In this document: one piece after another, positions 1-10,035 of the stretch
How positions within the stretch are numbered: the first letter of the stretch is position 1
Layout of the letters: each line of letters starts with the position of its first letter
Source of the DNA: a virus
Taxonomy: Duplodnaviria; Caudoviricetes
Strand: one strand, 5' to 3'
IMG/VR virus record: IMGVR_UViG_3300044580_000569
Coordinates: 1-41,166 of that record
DNA length: 41,166 bases
Made by a program: the position numbers and the translations under genes
The notes under the pieces: generated by a model
The model's database searches: none
What the model saw: the letters and a program-made list of their open reading frames with translations, nothing else
What the model was told of the DNA's origin: nothing

Positions 1-2145
1 AACATCTGTATAACCTCCGCCTGTTGAAATAAACTTTATGTTACCGCCGATTTCGCCGGTATTTAGGTTGAAGAAAGTTTTCCCATCCTGGCTGACTATT
101 CTGTCTGTTGTTACCCTTCCCGGAAGAATTTCAGTAAATCCCCAGAGTTTGGTTATATCTCTTTCGTTTTGATATTCCTTCCCGATTAAAAGAGTAAGCA
201 GGTGATAAAATCCTACGACCTGTTCTATTGCAATTGGGATTTCTGATAAGACAAATTCTCCGACTCCTGTTGATTTACTGACCTTCGCGTATAGGTAGTA
301 CGTCTTTTCTGATTCTGTCAATGGTGCGCTCAAGTAAGCCGTCATGTTCCAGAATTTGTAATCCGTATCCGCATGTTGGCTTTTGAGTTCAGTAATCCCG
401 AGCGTCATATGCTGTATAATACATGCGCTGATTGATAGCCTTTTGTTTTCGTCTATCTCTATAGATGGGTTTGAAATTGTCGGATTTGTTGTTCCATTTA
501 CAAATCTAAACTGTAGGCTTTCATCTCCGACCAGAGCCTGCATTGTCTGAATTGTGATTGGGTTGATTGCTCCGGAGTAGTTGCTGATTGCGGCTGCGAG
601 CATCTCCATTGTTTCTCTGGCATCTCGATATGACCTCTTGGTGTAGTTTATCGAGTCCTTCTTGCTTTGTTCAATCACGACCGGTGTTGTTTCGATTTTT
701 CCGAGGTAGCTGGATATTGAGACTCCGACCGGGGCATTTGATAACTCGATTTGTGGAGCATATGGCCGGTTGATGTAGTCCTTCACTCCGGTGATTCTTA
801 CCAGTGCGCTGTCTTGTTGAAATTGTTGATCTGAAAAATTAACGTAGCCACCGAGCCGGATTTTGCCGCCGATGTTCAACCAGTTTTTTCTTGCCCATAT
901 TGGGTCGAGGTCTCCGATAAATGAGAACTGCGGAACCTCGTTTTCGCTAAAGTATTCAACTGCTTTTCTGAACATGTCCCAGCTTGCACCAGTCTTTGTG
1001 GCATTATCGCTGATGTATGCTTGTGGCATATGAATGTTGAACACTCGGTATTTGTCATTGACTGCAGGTTTGAATGTCTCATTTGGCATTTTCTGTCCGT
1101 CGATATCTTGCCACAAAATTTCAAACTTTCGATCTGCGTGATTGTAGTTGACATCGAATTCCTTACCTGCGAGCATCCCGGTTTGGAATATCAAACTCAT
1201 TTTTTCGCCTTCAATCAGGCATGCTGTATAATCCAGCCCTTCTGGGATGGTGTTGTCTTTTATGTCGTACAAATTACCGGCCGCATCAACCGTGATCACC
1301 TCTGTTACTGTTCCTTCAAGATTTGGGTAGATATCGGAGCAGTCCAGACTTCCTTCCTCATTTGTTGCAAGTGGTTTATCAGCTCGAGTAATCGAGTATC
1401 CATCTGCATCGGTCTGATAAATGCGGCCATCCGGAGTAGTGATGGTTTGATTTTTCGGGAGCAGCAATTCAGAAACGTTGTTATATTTACTTGGGTCAAT
1501 GTTGCGACTTCCTCCCTGGACGTATAACCTCTCGATTGCTCTGGTTCTGTAGTCACGGTTTTCCCTTCTTACTCCGGTTAAGAAACCGTTTCCTTTTCCG
1601 TATGAAAGTGCCAATGGGGATTCCTTATTGTATTCAACCTTTTTTAAATGGATTGTTTTTCCACTTATCTCATATTCGGTATTGAATGCTTCGGCGACCA
1701 TCTGTAATGCTTCGGCACATGTGTTGTGTGAAAAAGTGACAGTTTTTTCATTTGTATCGATATAGTCTCCTGCGATCCACCCACTCTCGCGCTGGTTCAT
1801 GTTGTCAACGATAATCTGCAGGAATTCATGCGGCTTTGCTGTTAATGAAAATTTCAACCGGTTAGTGGTATCCTTAATCCGGTATTTGGTAAGCGCACCT
1901 TTCGGAGCCTCAAATATTAATGTATATTCATAGTTTCTACTTCCATTTTTTGTGATATTTGCTGGGCTGTTAAGAGTATATATTTGTCCTTGATAATCTA
2001 TGAATGCGCCAATCGGGATTTCTACGTGTTCAGGTTTGTTAAAAGTAACGGTAACGGTATCATCTCCCATGATCGTCCGGTACCGGTAGCTGTCGTCGCT
2101 TACAAGTACATCGAGCGTGTTCGTTTCATTCAAATTTATTATCAT
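1..2145 (-). CDS. Tail tip/hub (Tal-like) protein, 3' truncated by window edge (>=715 aa)
   Basis: Not in the ORF track. Hand translation from ATG 2145 (MIINLNETNTLDVLVSDDSYRYRTIMGDD...) stays open to base 1. Lies after tape measure and distal-tail genes. Confidence 0.8.
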   Translation of the reverse strand, partial: MIINLNETNTLDVLVSDDSYRYRTIMGDDTVTVTFNKPEHVEIPIGAFIDYQGQIYTLNSPANITKNGSRNYEYTLIFEAPKGALTKYRIKDTTNRLKFSLTAKPHEFLQIIVDNMNQRESGWIAGDYIDTNEKTVTFSHNTCAEALQMVAEAFNTEYEISGKTIHLKKVEYNKESPLALSYGKGNGFLTGVRRENRDYRTRAIERLYVQGGSRNIDPSKYNNVSELLLPKNQTITTPDGRIYQTDADGYSITRADKPLATNEEGSLDCSDIYPNLEGTVTEVITVDAAGNLYDIKDNTIPEGLDYTACLIEGEKMSLIFQTGMLAGKEFDVNYNHADRKFEILWQDIDGQKMPNETFKPAVNDKYRVFNIHMPQAYISDNATKTGASWDMFRKAVEYFSENEVPQFSFIGDLDPIWARKNWLNIGGKIRLGGYVNFSDQQFQQDSALVRITGVKDYINRPYAPQIELSNAPVGVSISSYLGKIETTPVVIEQSKKDSINYTKRSYRDARETMEMLAAAISNYSGAINPITIQTMQALVGDESLQFRFVNGTTNPTISNPSIEIDENKRLSISACIIQHMTLGITELKSQHADTDYKFWNMTAYLSAPLTESEKTYYLYAKVSKSTGVGEFVLSEIPIAIEQVVGFYHLLTLLIGKEYQNERDITKLWGFTEILPGRVTTDRIVSQDGKTFFNLNTGEIGGNIKFISTGGGYTDV

Positions 2146-2150
2146 CTTGT

Positions 2151-2978
2151 TTAAATAAATATCATTTTTAGATCAAATTCGCACCAGATTTTATTCTTTC
2201 CTATTGCGATACGGCCTACATTCATTTCCTGGTAATATGCAGAGTATGTTTCTTCATTCTTATTGAAGTATAGCTCTCTTTCTCCCGGTCTTGTCAGGTC
2301 GTAAAAAAACGCATTCAAATTGCGCATCAGCGCAGCGGCACTTCCAGCTGTAGCGAGTAGTTTTAAGCGCACATCCTTAGCCTTCATTTTGACATGTTCT
2401 GGATCATAGACGGCTCCGTTGATTGCTGTTGTGTCAATCAGGAGGTTCTGTTTCACTTCCGGGATTTTCAGGATTTCTTCTTCGCTTCCCTGAAGGACTG
2501 CTATCCCATATTGCGATATGTCCTTTGTGTCGATTTGGTATCCCTGTTCCGGAAATTCTCCACCTGTTGGCTCCTGATATGTGTATCCGGACATGGGATT
2601 GTCTTCTGAAAATCGAAGCGTAAAAAGTCGCATTTTCAGGATGCTCCCTTTGAAATCTTGGCCGGCGAGGAGTCGGATTTGTTTTGTAATTCCCAAATCT
2701 GAAAACGTAACATCGTGGTATGCGCCATCAATGAGCAGGTTGATAAAACCATTAATGTCGGCATTCTGGTTGATGGTTGCAAACCGGACATCAAACTCTT
2801 TTCTTTCGTATTTCAAGTCTGACAGGTCGACCTCCAGGCCATCCTCCTCCGGCCAGTCGTTTGCTTCCGGTTCTTTGATTTTTGGCATGGATATAATGCC
2901 TGCGTAATCACCATCCCGGACGATAATTCCGTATGTGGTGGTAGCATTTATTCCGTCTATGATTATCTCGCCTGTCAT
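2151..2978 (-). CDS. Putative distal tail (Dit-like) protein
   Basis: 275 aa directly downstream of tape measure. Two similar halves (IDG..YGI..K.PE vs ID.K..YGI..KIPE). Confidence 0.6.
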   Translation of the reverse strand: MTGEIIIDGINATTTYGIIVRDGDYAGIISMPKIKEPEANDWPEEDGLEVDLSDLKYERKEFDVRFATINQNADINGFINLLIDGAYHDVTFSDLGITKQIRLLAGQDFKGSILKMRLFTLRFSEDNPMSGYTYQEPTGGEFPEQGYQIDTKDISQYGIAVLQGSEEEILKIPEVKQNLLIDTTAINGAVYDPEHVKMKAKDVRLKLLATAGSAAALMRNLNAFFYDLTRPGERELYFNKNEETYSAYYQEMNVGRIAIGKNKIWCEFDLKMIFI

Positions 2979-5900
2979 ACCTTGATATTGATTCCTTTTG
3001 TGTTGATCTGGTCGATTCCGCTTTTAACTGAATCCATTGTCTTTTCGATTTTCTCCAGTCGGCTGGTGTTCCGGTCGATGTTGAATAAATGGTTAATCAT
3101 CACCGTAATGTTGACCAGCATGATTTTCATATTTTCGCTAATTGAGTACGTGTGACCCTGTATTGCTGTCATCCTTCCATTCAGCTCATTGATAGAGTCC
3201 TGGCTGGCTTGTGCTATTCCCTTGCTTGATGCTGTCCTGTTGCTGGCATTAAATATGTCTATTCCTTGTTGTTTGAGGGCTTCTTGAGTATCCAGCATAG
3301 CCTTATTATATTGCTCGAGTGCAGCCGGGTATTTCTCTGTGAATCTTAAAATATCATCGATAATATCATAGTCGGCATTGTCGCTATCGAATGATGCAGC
3401 CATTTCTTCTTCGAGTTGATTAAACATTTTACCGAAAAATGCATCAAATATCTTTTGTTGCATGATTTCCTGTATCACTTCTGTCACCGCTCCTTTGAAT
3501 TTGTCGATTGCTCCGGTAATCTCACCATTTGTAAATGCTTCGACCAGTGCATCACTTAGTTTGCCTCCCAGGTCGCCGGCCAAGTCTGAGAAGGTTTGCC
3601 GCATTTGCTCCCGTGCTTCGACTGCTTTTCCTCTGATTTCTTCCCAATTGTCAATGAGCTTTTTTGTCGCATCATCCATCTTGTCGTAATCGTTCAGGAT
3701 TTCCTGATTAAGCTCGTATGTTTCCGGATTGAAAATTTCGCCATATTTGTCTTTTAGATTTTCCAGTACCGGAACTGTTTTTGTAGTCACGGCTCCGGCG
3801 ATACCTCCTACGATAGCTCCAATACCTGCGCCAATTAAAGTTGACAATCCGAATGTAAAACCTGCGAAAATTGTCCCAACTGCTGCACCGGTAGCTGCTC
3901 CGGCTCCGGCTCCACCAGCGACATTTCCCCAGTTGATTTCCTGTTTTGTTCCTGTTTGAACCTGTCCATCTCCCAATTTTGCAGCACTTCCCTGGAGTTC
4001 ATTCATTGCTGCTGCATACTGCATTGCTCCGTCGATTGCTCTCTGATATGGATTTTCAACTCCGAATATGTTACTCTCTTTGTATGACTCCATTTCGATA
4101 CGCGCCATTGCGGCCAGATGTGCGCTCTCCACAATCTTATCGTTCCACTCCTCCTGCGCTTGTTTGTTGGCTTCAATCTGGTTTGCAATAATAGAGTACA
4201 TGTCTGCAAGTCCGGAAATTCCGGCAGCTGCTATATCAGTTTTTGTCGCATTCTTGTCAAATATTTGGGTGACATTGTCAATACTTCCGGCCAGCCCACC
4301 GATAACGGATCCGATATCTCCCATGATACCTTCTGTCGTTTGAAGTGCGCCTGCAAGCTTTTGAAGCGATCCACTGAGCTTGTTCGCGATGTCGAGTATT
4401 TTCTCCCATTCTTTTGCGTCGACTGCTTCTGTTGATTTCGTTTTAACTTTATCGAGAGCAGCGGCTAATTTTTCAACGTCCACCCCGGCTTGTTTCAGCG
4501 TCTCCAGCTGTTCAGGTGATAGCTCGATTTCTGCTATCGTTTCCTTCAGCGTTCCAAGCTCTTTGATTGTGAGCTTGCTTATGTCCTCAAACAATGGCAT
4601 CGCTTCCTTTATTTTCGACTGCATGAAGTCGGAGCCTTCTCCAAAAAGATAAAGTTCAACCAGCCCAGTCCCGCTTTCGCGGAGCGCATCCTTTTGCAGT
4701 TCCTCGATTGCTTTTTGCATCTGTCGCTTTGCTTCTTTGACTGCATCACTTTCAGCACCCTGTTCGGTTGTCAATCTCTGTATATCTTCATTAAATTTCT
4801 TTTCGATATCCAATCTTTGTTGCGCGTAGTTCCGGTAGTTCTCGAGTAGTTTATCCTTCGTTTGCTGCTGCTTATTCTGGTATGCTTTATCCTCATTTTC
4901 ATCCATTGATGTGAATGCAGCAGCTTGTTTTGTCGATAGCTGGATACTTTCTTTGTCAAATTTCACACCTTTCGCTTCTGCTTCTGCTTTGGCATTTTCC
5001 CGGAGCGTAGAGAGCATATCTTCACGCTGGCGATTGATTTCTGTTTTTCGCTTTGCGTGGTTTAGTGCGAGTTGCGCCAGCTCTTTGTCGATGCCATCTT
5101 TCATCGCGTCGATGCGTGCCTGTTCAGCTTGGTACTGAATGTCTTCATCCATCCTTACCTGATTGATGCGGTTTTGCTCGAGCTGATTCTGTATTTTATC
5201 CTTATCTTTATTGGATTTGTCGTACTGTTTGTTAAAGAGCTGTATTTTCTTTTGTTCGGCCTCGATTGCTTTATCGATTTCTGTCAAACGCGTTTCCCTG
5301 TCTTCCGGTGTCATCGATTGGGATAGTATTTTTGACCTCTCACCCTGTAGTCTTTTAATCTCTTTATTGGATTTAGCGATGTCCTGAGCAGCTGTTGTTC
5401 TAAGTGTTTTGCGCTCCTTTTCTTCCATCCTCAGCTGGGTGAGCTGGTTGGCTATCTCGCTTTTGTCGTATGTACCCATTCCGGTGATACGTCCTTTCTT
5501 GTCGCTGTCTCCAATTGCGGAGAGGAGCTTTTCTCGGCGAGTTATTTCGTTTTGTAGTTGGTCGTCTGTAAATCCGGTTATTCCGGCCAGAAAGTTTTTA
5601 GCATTGTCCTTTTCGATGTTTCGTCTCGTTATTTCGAGGTCGGCTTTGGCATCTTCTACGGCTCTGGCCAGTTGCTGTTGTAACACGGAGTCGGAAAGCG
5701 AGCCAGTCGATTTAAAATTTTTTAATCGTTCCTGTGCTTTCTCTACCTTTTCGAGTTGCTCATCATAGGTATCTTTTAGCGTTTTAGTAGCCCTATTCTC
5801 CTCCTCTTGTGCGATGTCCTTTTTGAGCTGGAGTATTTGCTCGAGAGTCATTCGCTCGGTGTTATATTTCGCGATGATTTCCGGGTACAATTCAATGAGT

Positions 5901-7180
5901 TTCTTTATTGCCTCGCGCCTTCTTCCTTCTGTAGCGTATTGGTCATTCATGGTGTCGATGGCCTTATCTACTTCTGCTTTTCTCTGTTGCTCTTTTTGAA
6001 TAGCGATTTCCTGTTGTTCATTATACCTTTTCGTTGCTCTCTCGGCGGCTGTTGTTTTGTCCCGGAGCAGGAATATAGCAGTTCCGAGTCCAACCAGAAC
6101 GGTTGCCGCGAGGACGTATGGGTTCACAGCCATCGCTGCATTGAGTGCTTTTTGTGCTGCAGTCTGGACTCCAATTGCGACGGCATTTGCTTTGTGGCCG
6201 AGAGTTAATGCTCCAAGCGCGCGATTCATCTCAAGGTATAATGTGGCAGTTTTCGATGCGGCTACAATTTTTTCGAGAGCTGCTATTGTGATCAGGGCAG
6301 CTTTGTAGGTTCCGTAAGTTGCTACAAGGATTGCGATGGCTTTTCCTATGCTTTCGTAATTTTCGACGGCTGTTTTTGCTCCTGTAATTACACTTGATAT
6401 TGTGTCCTGATTTGCGCGTCCGATTTCGTTCATCATCATATCGACGGCATCTCCAAGATTCGAAATCTGACCTCCGATAGTTTTACTTTGTTCCTCCATC
6501 AGATTATAAAATTTCCCACCTTTTGAAGTCATAGCCACAAATGCTTTTTCTATTTGTGGAAATCCGACAAGGCCTTCGCTGACAAGTTCAGTTACTTTAT
6601 CTTTTGTAACTCCGAATTGTTTTGCTAACTCTTCAGCGACTGGGATACCGCGTCCCATAAATTGTCGCATATCTTGAGCAAAGAGCCGGCCTTGCACCTG
6701 CGTAGTTCCGTATAAATATACAAGGTCATTTAAAGGGATGGAAAGTCCGGCAGCAACATTCCCGAGCATAACAAGGTCTTTGTTGACGTTTTTAGCCGAT
6801 GTTCCGTAAGCCAGAAGGCTCTTTGCTCCGGATGCTACGGATTTTAAATCAAATGGTGTAGTTGCGGCGGTCTGGATTAGCTGTCCCATCAATTCATCTG
6901 CAGCAGATTTGCTTTGCAGCATGGTTTTAAATGCCACTTCGAGCTGTTGGAATTCTCCACGTATATTGGCTATTTGTTTTGCAAATCCTGCGGCTGCAGC
7001 TGCTGAAAATGCGACACCGATTGAGGCTCCAATTTTCCCGATCATGTTATCCATTTTCGCGCCTTCCTTCTGGGTGTCCTGGGATAGTCCATTGAACATT
7101 CCCTTTGCCCTTGCAAGGTCTTGCTGCAGGCCTTTTGTGTCGGCTGCTAATCCATATACTATTTTTCCTTCGTCGCTCAT
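2975..7180 (-). CDS. Tape measure protein
   Basis: 1401 aa helical/coiled-coil protein. N-terminal tape-measure motif (TAATTPF..LLAYG..LGNVAAG..QFMGRGIP). Follows tail chaperones. Confidence 0.93.
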   Translation of the reverse strand: MSDEGKIVYGLAADTKGLQQDLARAKGMFNGLSQDTQKEGAKMDNMIGKIGASIGVAFSAAAAAGFAKQIANIRGEFQQLEVAFKTMLQSKSAADELMGQLIQTAATTPFDLKSVASGAKSLLAYGTSAKNVNKDLVMLGNVAAGLSIPLNDLVYLYGTTQVQGRLFAQDMRQFMGRGIPVAEELAKQFGVTKDKVTELVSEGLVGFPQIEKAFVAMTSKGGKFYNLMEEQSKTIGGQISNLGDAVDMMMNEIGRANQDTISSVITGAKTAVENYESIGKAIAILVATYGTYKAALITIAALEKIVAASKTATLYLEMNRALGALTLGHKANAVAIGVQTAAQKALNAAMAVNPYVLAATVLVGLGTAIFLLRDKTTAAERATKRYNEQQEIAIQKEQQRKAEVDKAIDTMNDQYATEGRRREAIKKLIELYPEIIAKYNTERMTLEQILQLKKDIAQEEENRATKTLKDTYDEQLEKVEKAQERLKNFKSTGSLSDSVLQQQLARAVEDAKADLEITRRNIEKDNAKNFLAGITGFTDDQLQNEITRREKLLSAIGDSDKKGRITGMGTYDKSEIANQLTQLRMEEKERKTLRTTAAQDIAKSNKEIKRLQGERSKILSQSMTPEDRETRLTEIDKAIEAEQKKIQLFNKQYDKSNKDKDKIQNQLEQNRINQVRMDEDIQYQAEQARIDAMKDGIDKELAQLALNHAKRKTEINRQREDMLSTLRENAKAEAEAKGVKFDKESIQLSTKQAAAFTSMDENEDKAYQNKQQQTKDKLLENYRNYAQQRLDIEKKFNEDIQRLTTEQGAESDAVKEAKRQMQKAIEELQKDALRESGTGLVELYLFGEGSDFMQSKIKEAMPLFEDISKLTIKELGTLKETIAEIELSPEQLETLKQAGVDVEKLAAALDKVKTKSTEAVDAKEWEKILDIANKLSGSLQKLAGALQTTEGIMGDIGSVIGGLAGSIDNVTQIFDKNATKTDIAAAGISGLADMYSIIANQIEANKQAQEEWNDKIVESAHLAAMARIEMESYKESNIFGVENPYQRAIDGAMQYAAAMNELQGSAAKLGDGQVQTGTKQEINWGNVAGGAGAGAATGAAVGTIFAGFTFGLSTLIGAGIGAIVGGIAGAVTTKTVPVLENLKDKYGEIFNPETYELNQEILNDYDKMDDATKKLIDNWEEIRGKAVEAREQMRQTFSDLAGDLGGKLSDALVEAFTNGEITGAIDKFKGAVTEVIQEIMQQKIFDAFFGKMFNQLEEEMAASFDSDNADYDIIDDILRFTEKYPAALEQYNKAMLDTQEALKQQGIDIFNASNRTASSKGIAQASQDSINELNGRMTAIQGHTYSISENMKIMLVNITVMINHLFNIDRNTSRLEKIEKTMDSVKSGIDQINTKGINIKV

Positions 7181-7383
7181 TTCCGATTCTTTTTTACAAC
7201 TATAATTTCTTCATCCTCTTTGAAGTTGTCCGGGTTGTTGGCATCTTTTGAAGCATCAAATTTCGGATTGTCCTTCTTTTTTTTGCTATCATAGCTCGGA
7301 ATTATCGAGCTGTAAAGGGCGACGTTTGCATAGCTGATTTCATAAAGTATGTAATCCGGTGTTAAACCCGGGTATGCCTTCAT
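7177..7383 (-). CDS. Tail assembly chaperone, T (frameshift extension) part
   Basis: Its frame is open upstream to the slippery site at 7479-7485 in the preceding gene. Confidence 0.75.
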   Translation of the reverse strand: MKAYPGLTPDYILYEISYANVALYSSIIPSYDSKKKKDNPKFDASKDANNPDNFKEDEEIIVVKKNRK

Positions 7384-7394
7384 GAATCCTCCAA

Positions 7395-7883
7395 TTACAG
7401 CCCAGATGCTGTCGTTTCTTTCATCACTTCCTTCGTCGCCTTGATGAGATTTATCTCGCTCAGGGAAGTGATAAGCACGAAAAAATCGGCTATCTCCAAC
7501 CTTGAAAGCAGCCGGGTGATCAGCTCGTTTGTTTCCTTTGGTGTCATCTTCACAAGTATGATTTCGGCCAGCTCTTCCCGTGTTGGGTTGCGATTAAACA
7601 ACCTGTTGAGAATTCTTTTTTCCTCTTTGATTGTTTTTGTGATTCCGAGGACTAATGTTGCCGCGATTATCCCGACTTTGTTGCATTTCCATGCGTTGGC
7701 CAGAGTTGTCTCGATAATAGCCTGCATACTTTCTACATTGTGAATGCGTGGAAATCCGGCTATAAGTTCCGAAATGCGTATCAGCGTGGCAGTTGTTGGC
7801 CTCGGTGCTTTGTATTGCCTTCCTGCTATTGTAACCACTTCTGGTTCTTGGAGGATGGTGTCGGCTGTTTTATTTTCAATCAT
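7395..7883 (-). CDS. Tail assembly chaperone G
   Basis: 162 aa between major tail and tape measure genes, contains T TTT TTC slippery heptamer. Confidence 0.75.
   Translation of the reverse strand: MIENKTADTILQEPEVVTIAGRQYKAPRPTTATLIRISELIAGFPRIHNVESMQAIIETTLANAWKCNKVGIIAATLVLGITKTIKEEKRILNRLFNRNPTREELAEIILVKMTPKETNELITRLLSRLEIADFFVLITSLSEINLIKATKEVMKETTASGL
7479..7485 (-). other. -1 programmed ribosomal frameshift site (T TTT TTC)
   Basis: Correctly phased X XXY YYZ heptamer (GAT TTT TTC). The -1 frame reads RAYHFPERDKSHQGDEGSDERNDSIWAVIGGFMKAY into ORF 7177..7383 with no stop. Confidence 0.8.
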
Positions 7884-7902
7884 TGATTTATTGTGTTTTG
7901 TT

Positions 7903-7978
7903 TGGTGGCGACAGCAGGATTCGAACCTGCGACCTCCGGACTATGACTCCGGTGAGCTGGCCTCTGCTCTATGTCGCG
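7903..7978 (-). tRNA. tRNA with CAT anticodon, initiator (fMet)-like, encoded CCA
   Basis: Folds as CGCGACA-TA-GAGC-AGAGGCCA-GCTC-A-CCGGA-GTCATAG-TCCGG-AGGTC-GCAGG-TTCGAAT-CCTGC-TGTCGCC-A-CCA (76 nt). Confidence 0.88.
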
Positions 7979-7984
7979 ATGTTT

Positions 7985-8012
7985 AAAAGGCAGCCGGGTG
8001 TTAATCGGCTGC
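7985..8012 (-). terminator. Possible weak intrinsic terminator after major tail gene
   Basis: GCAGCCG...CGGCTGC stem (7990-8012) followed by CTTTT on the minus strand. Confidence 0.5.
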
Positions 8013-8033
8013 TCTTTGGTAGGTTAATTCTGA

Positions 8034-8534
8034 TTAGACGGCTGTCTTTTTAAATTTGGTGTAAAGTTCGCCATCAGCACATTCTAAGAATGTAAATGTG
8101 AAGTCTCCATACTGGCCTTCGCTTTCGCTGTAGCCCTCTTTATATTTCACATGGCATTTTCTGGCTTTGACACCTACACCTCCGACATTTTTGGGGGTAA
8201 CTTTCACTGAGTACGGGTCAGCTACTATCAGGCTTTTTATTTTCAATTCTCCTGCTTCAGTGTCGTGCGTTGCATCCAGAATTGTTGCTAAAGTAGCAAA
8301 GTCAGGCTCAATGATGCGCGTGGTTAATCTCACCATTCCTTCGCCTTCGTCATACGCAACGATTTTGCCTCCTGAAGCTCTCGCTTCGAGGCTTTCGCCG
8401 TCAGTCACTTCCATTGTGGTGCTTTTGTCCTTGATAGTTCCGATTGAGCTAAGGCTCGCAGCCATTGCATCGGCAGCACCAGTTTTCCCTATTTCGATGG
8501 AGCACTCGCTCCAACTCATGATTATTTGGCTCAT
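8034..8534 (-). CDS. Major tail (tube) protein
   Basis: 166 aa beta-rich ORF in tail-tube position, followed by a hairpin. Confidence 0.75.
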   Translation of the reverse strand: MSQIIMSWSECSIEIGKTGAADAMAASLSSIGTIKDKSTTMEVTDGESLEARASGGKIVAYDEGEGMVRLTTRIIEPDFATLATILDATHDTEAGELKIKSLIVADPYSVKVTPKNVGGVGVKARKCHVKYKEGYSESEGQYGDFTFTFLECADGELYTKFKKTAV

Positions 8535-8545
8535 TTTTTCTCTTT

Positions 8546-8950
8546 TTATTTGGTTATTCTTCTGAAATAAATTTGTGCGTTTACAAAATTCTGATCTATC
8601 GTCTCCTCATCAAAGGTTTTAATAATTGATTTCCTGGAAAGGTCGTATTCTGTTGAACTCAGCGCATCGATGGTTGTCTGGAGGAATTCTTCAAGTGTCC
8701 GGCATTTGGCGGTATCTTTGATTTTCCTTCCACTTTCGGCTTGTAGTTTTGGCACGTAAATGTTAACCGTCACTATTCCTTCCTGTATCTGGCCATCTGT
8801 GCCAGTCATGAAAATAATCACAGCATCCTCCTTCTGGGAGTCTGTTGGTCTACCGGCAGAATTATAAACCTGTCCGTTGATTCCTGTTTTCAGGCTTGCG
8901 GCTATAAGTTTATAAATGTCTGTTTCGATTGTACCTCCTGTCTTTTTCAT
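8546..8950 (-). CDS. Tail terminator/completion protein
   Basis: 134 aa, position immediately before major tail gene. Confidence 0.6.
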   Translation of the reverse strand: MKKTGGTIETDIYKLIAASLKTGINGQVYNSAGRPTDSQKEDAVIIFMTGTDGQIQEGIVTVNIYVPKLQAESGRKIKDTAKCRTLEEFLQTTIDALSSTEYDLSRKSIIKTFDEETIDQNFVNAQIYFRRITK

Positions 8951-9390
8951 TTCTTGCTGATTTTTTTGAACATTTGCTCTGCCATTTTCTTCGCTTCAAT
9001 TTCTGAAAGTTTGAGGACGTTGCGTCCGGTTGCTTCTACGTATTCCGCGTAATTCATCCCGGCTACAACGACCAGTCCTATTCCGCTTGGGATTAGTTCT
9101 GTTGCTTTTCTTGCCGCGAATTCCTGTCCTTGTTGTTTCCCTTTGTCACCATTCATTTTTGATTCAAAGCTCGGGCTTCCTACTATCTTTCCATCCTTGA
9201 CAACAACATAGCCGGTACTGCTCACGAGGTTACCGGTTCTGTCGGTATAACCTCTTGTTTCCTTTGCTAAGTTCACAACTGTTTCTCCAATGTAGGAAAG
9301 TTGATAAATGAGAGCCTGTTCCCTTCGTTGGATTTGCAGGGCTATCATTTTATCAATTTCCTGATTGGGTGTTAGCTGTGTGATTGGCAT
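8947..9390 (-). CDS. Neck protein, HK97 gp10-like
   Basis: DRTGNL.SS and YAEYVE motifs, position in head-tail cluster. Confidence 0.7.
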   Translation of the reverse strand: MPITQLTPNQEIDKMIALQIQRREQALIYQLSYIGETVVNLAKETRGYTDRTGNLVSSTGYVVVKDGKIVGSPSFESKMNGDKGKQQGQEFAARKATELIPSGIGLVVVAGMNYAEYVEATGRNVLKLSEIEAKKMAEQMFKKISKK

Positions 9391-9707
9391 CAGACTGTGA
9401 TTTTGATCCGGTTTGTAAATGTCAGATGTTGGATGCTTTGAATTGTGAAGTCTCCGAGATCATCTCCTTTATAGTTCTTCAACCGGAGCCGCTTTCCTTC
9501 GATATCTTGGTTCTCGATTAATATCTCGTATGTGGCCTGTGTGAAGGTTCCACCCTCGTATCGTCCTTTGTTGCTCTGGTTGTTGACCTTCAGGTGACAT
9601 TCGATTTCCTCTCCTGCTACCTCTGTAGACGGGATCGGGTCTCCGGTTTGCGTGTCTACGCTGGCCGGTGATTGATTGATCATCTGAATGGTTCCGTTGA
9701 TTATCAT
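9390..9707 (-). CDS. Head closure protein
   Basis: 105 aa, position after adaptor gene. Confidence 0.55.
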   Translation of the reverse strand: MIINGTIQMINQSPASVDTQTGDPIPSTEVAGEEIECHLKVNNQSNKGRYEGGTFTQATYEILIENQDIEGKRLRLKNYKGDDLGDFTIQSIQHLTFTNRIKITV

Positions 9708-10024
9708 AGCTCTTCTCCGATGTATCCGTATTGTACGCTTGATGTTGATTCTCCGGCTTCCCGGTAGATTGCTTCTGACTTGCGTTTGAAGTTGTCGCGT
9801 TCCTTTTGTGACAAAGAAAAGCTGACACCTCCCTCCGAAACATTGGGAGCATTGGAGAGCCAGTCCATCATGTCGGCCTTGGCCAGCTTGTACCCGTTTG
9901 ACTTTAAAATCTCGGGAGTGATGGTTTCTTCTCCAGGCAGTCCCCTTTCCACAGCCACCCTGATAAGGGTTGACTGCGGTACGGGATAACTGCTAATCGT
10001 CTTTAATGATTCGATGATAGTCAT
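9704..10024 (-). CDS. Head-tail adaptor/connector
   Basis: About 106 aa right after capsid gene. Start set at ATG 10024 to avoid overlap with capsid gene. Confidence 0.6.
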   Translation of the reverse strand: MTIIESLKTISSYPVPQSTLIRVAVERGLPGEETITPEILKSNGYKLAKADMMDWLSNAPNVSEGGVSFSLSQKERDNFKRKSEAIYREAGESTSSVQYGYIGEEL

Positions 10025-10035
10025 TTTGCTCACTT

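Noticed and set aside
588-1685. Several short ORFs in the track
   Set aside because: They overlap the long minus-strand tail ORF 1..2145 that the track missed because it is truncated
3790-3930. Gly/Ala-rich hydrophobic stretch as a bacteriocin-like gene
   Set aside because: It is in frame within the tape measure protein, where hydrophobic segments are common
7903-7978. tRNA as the prophage attachment site
   Set aside because: It lies inside an uninterrupted tail operon about 32 kb from the integrase, and no duplicated 3' fragment was seen
7744-7986. + strand 80-aa ORF (..WWRQQDSNLRPPDY..)
   Set aside because: Antisense shadow of the tRNA and chaperone gene
9469-9852. 127-aa alternative-frame minus ORF
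   Set aside because: Overlaps two well-placed neck genes and has no recognisable features
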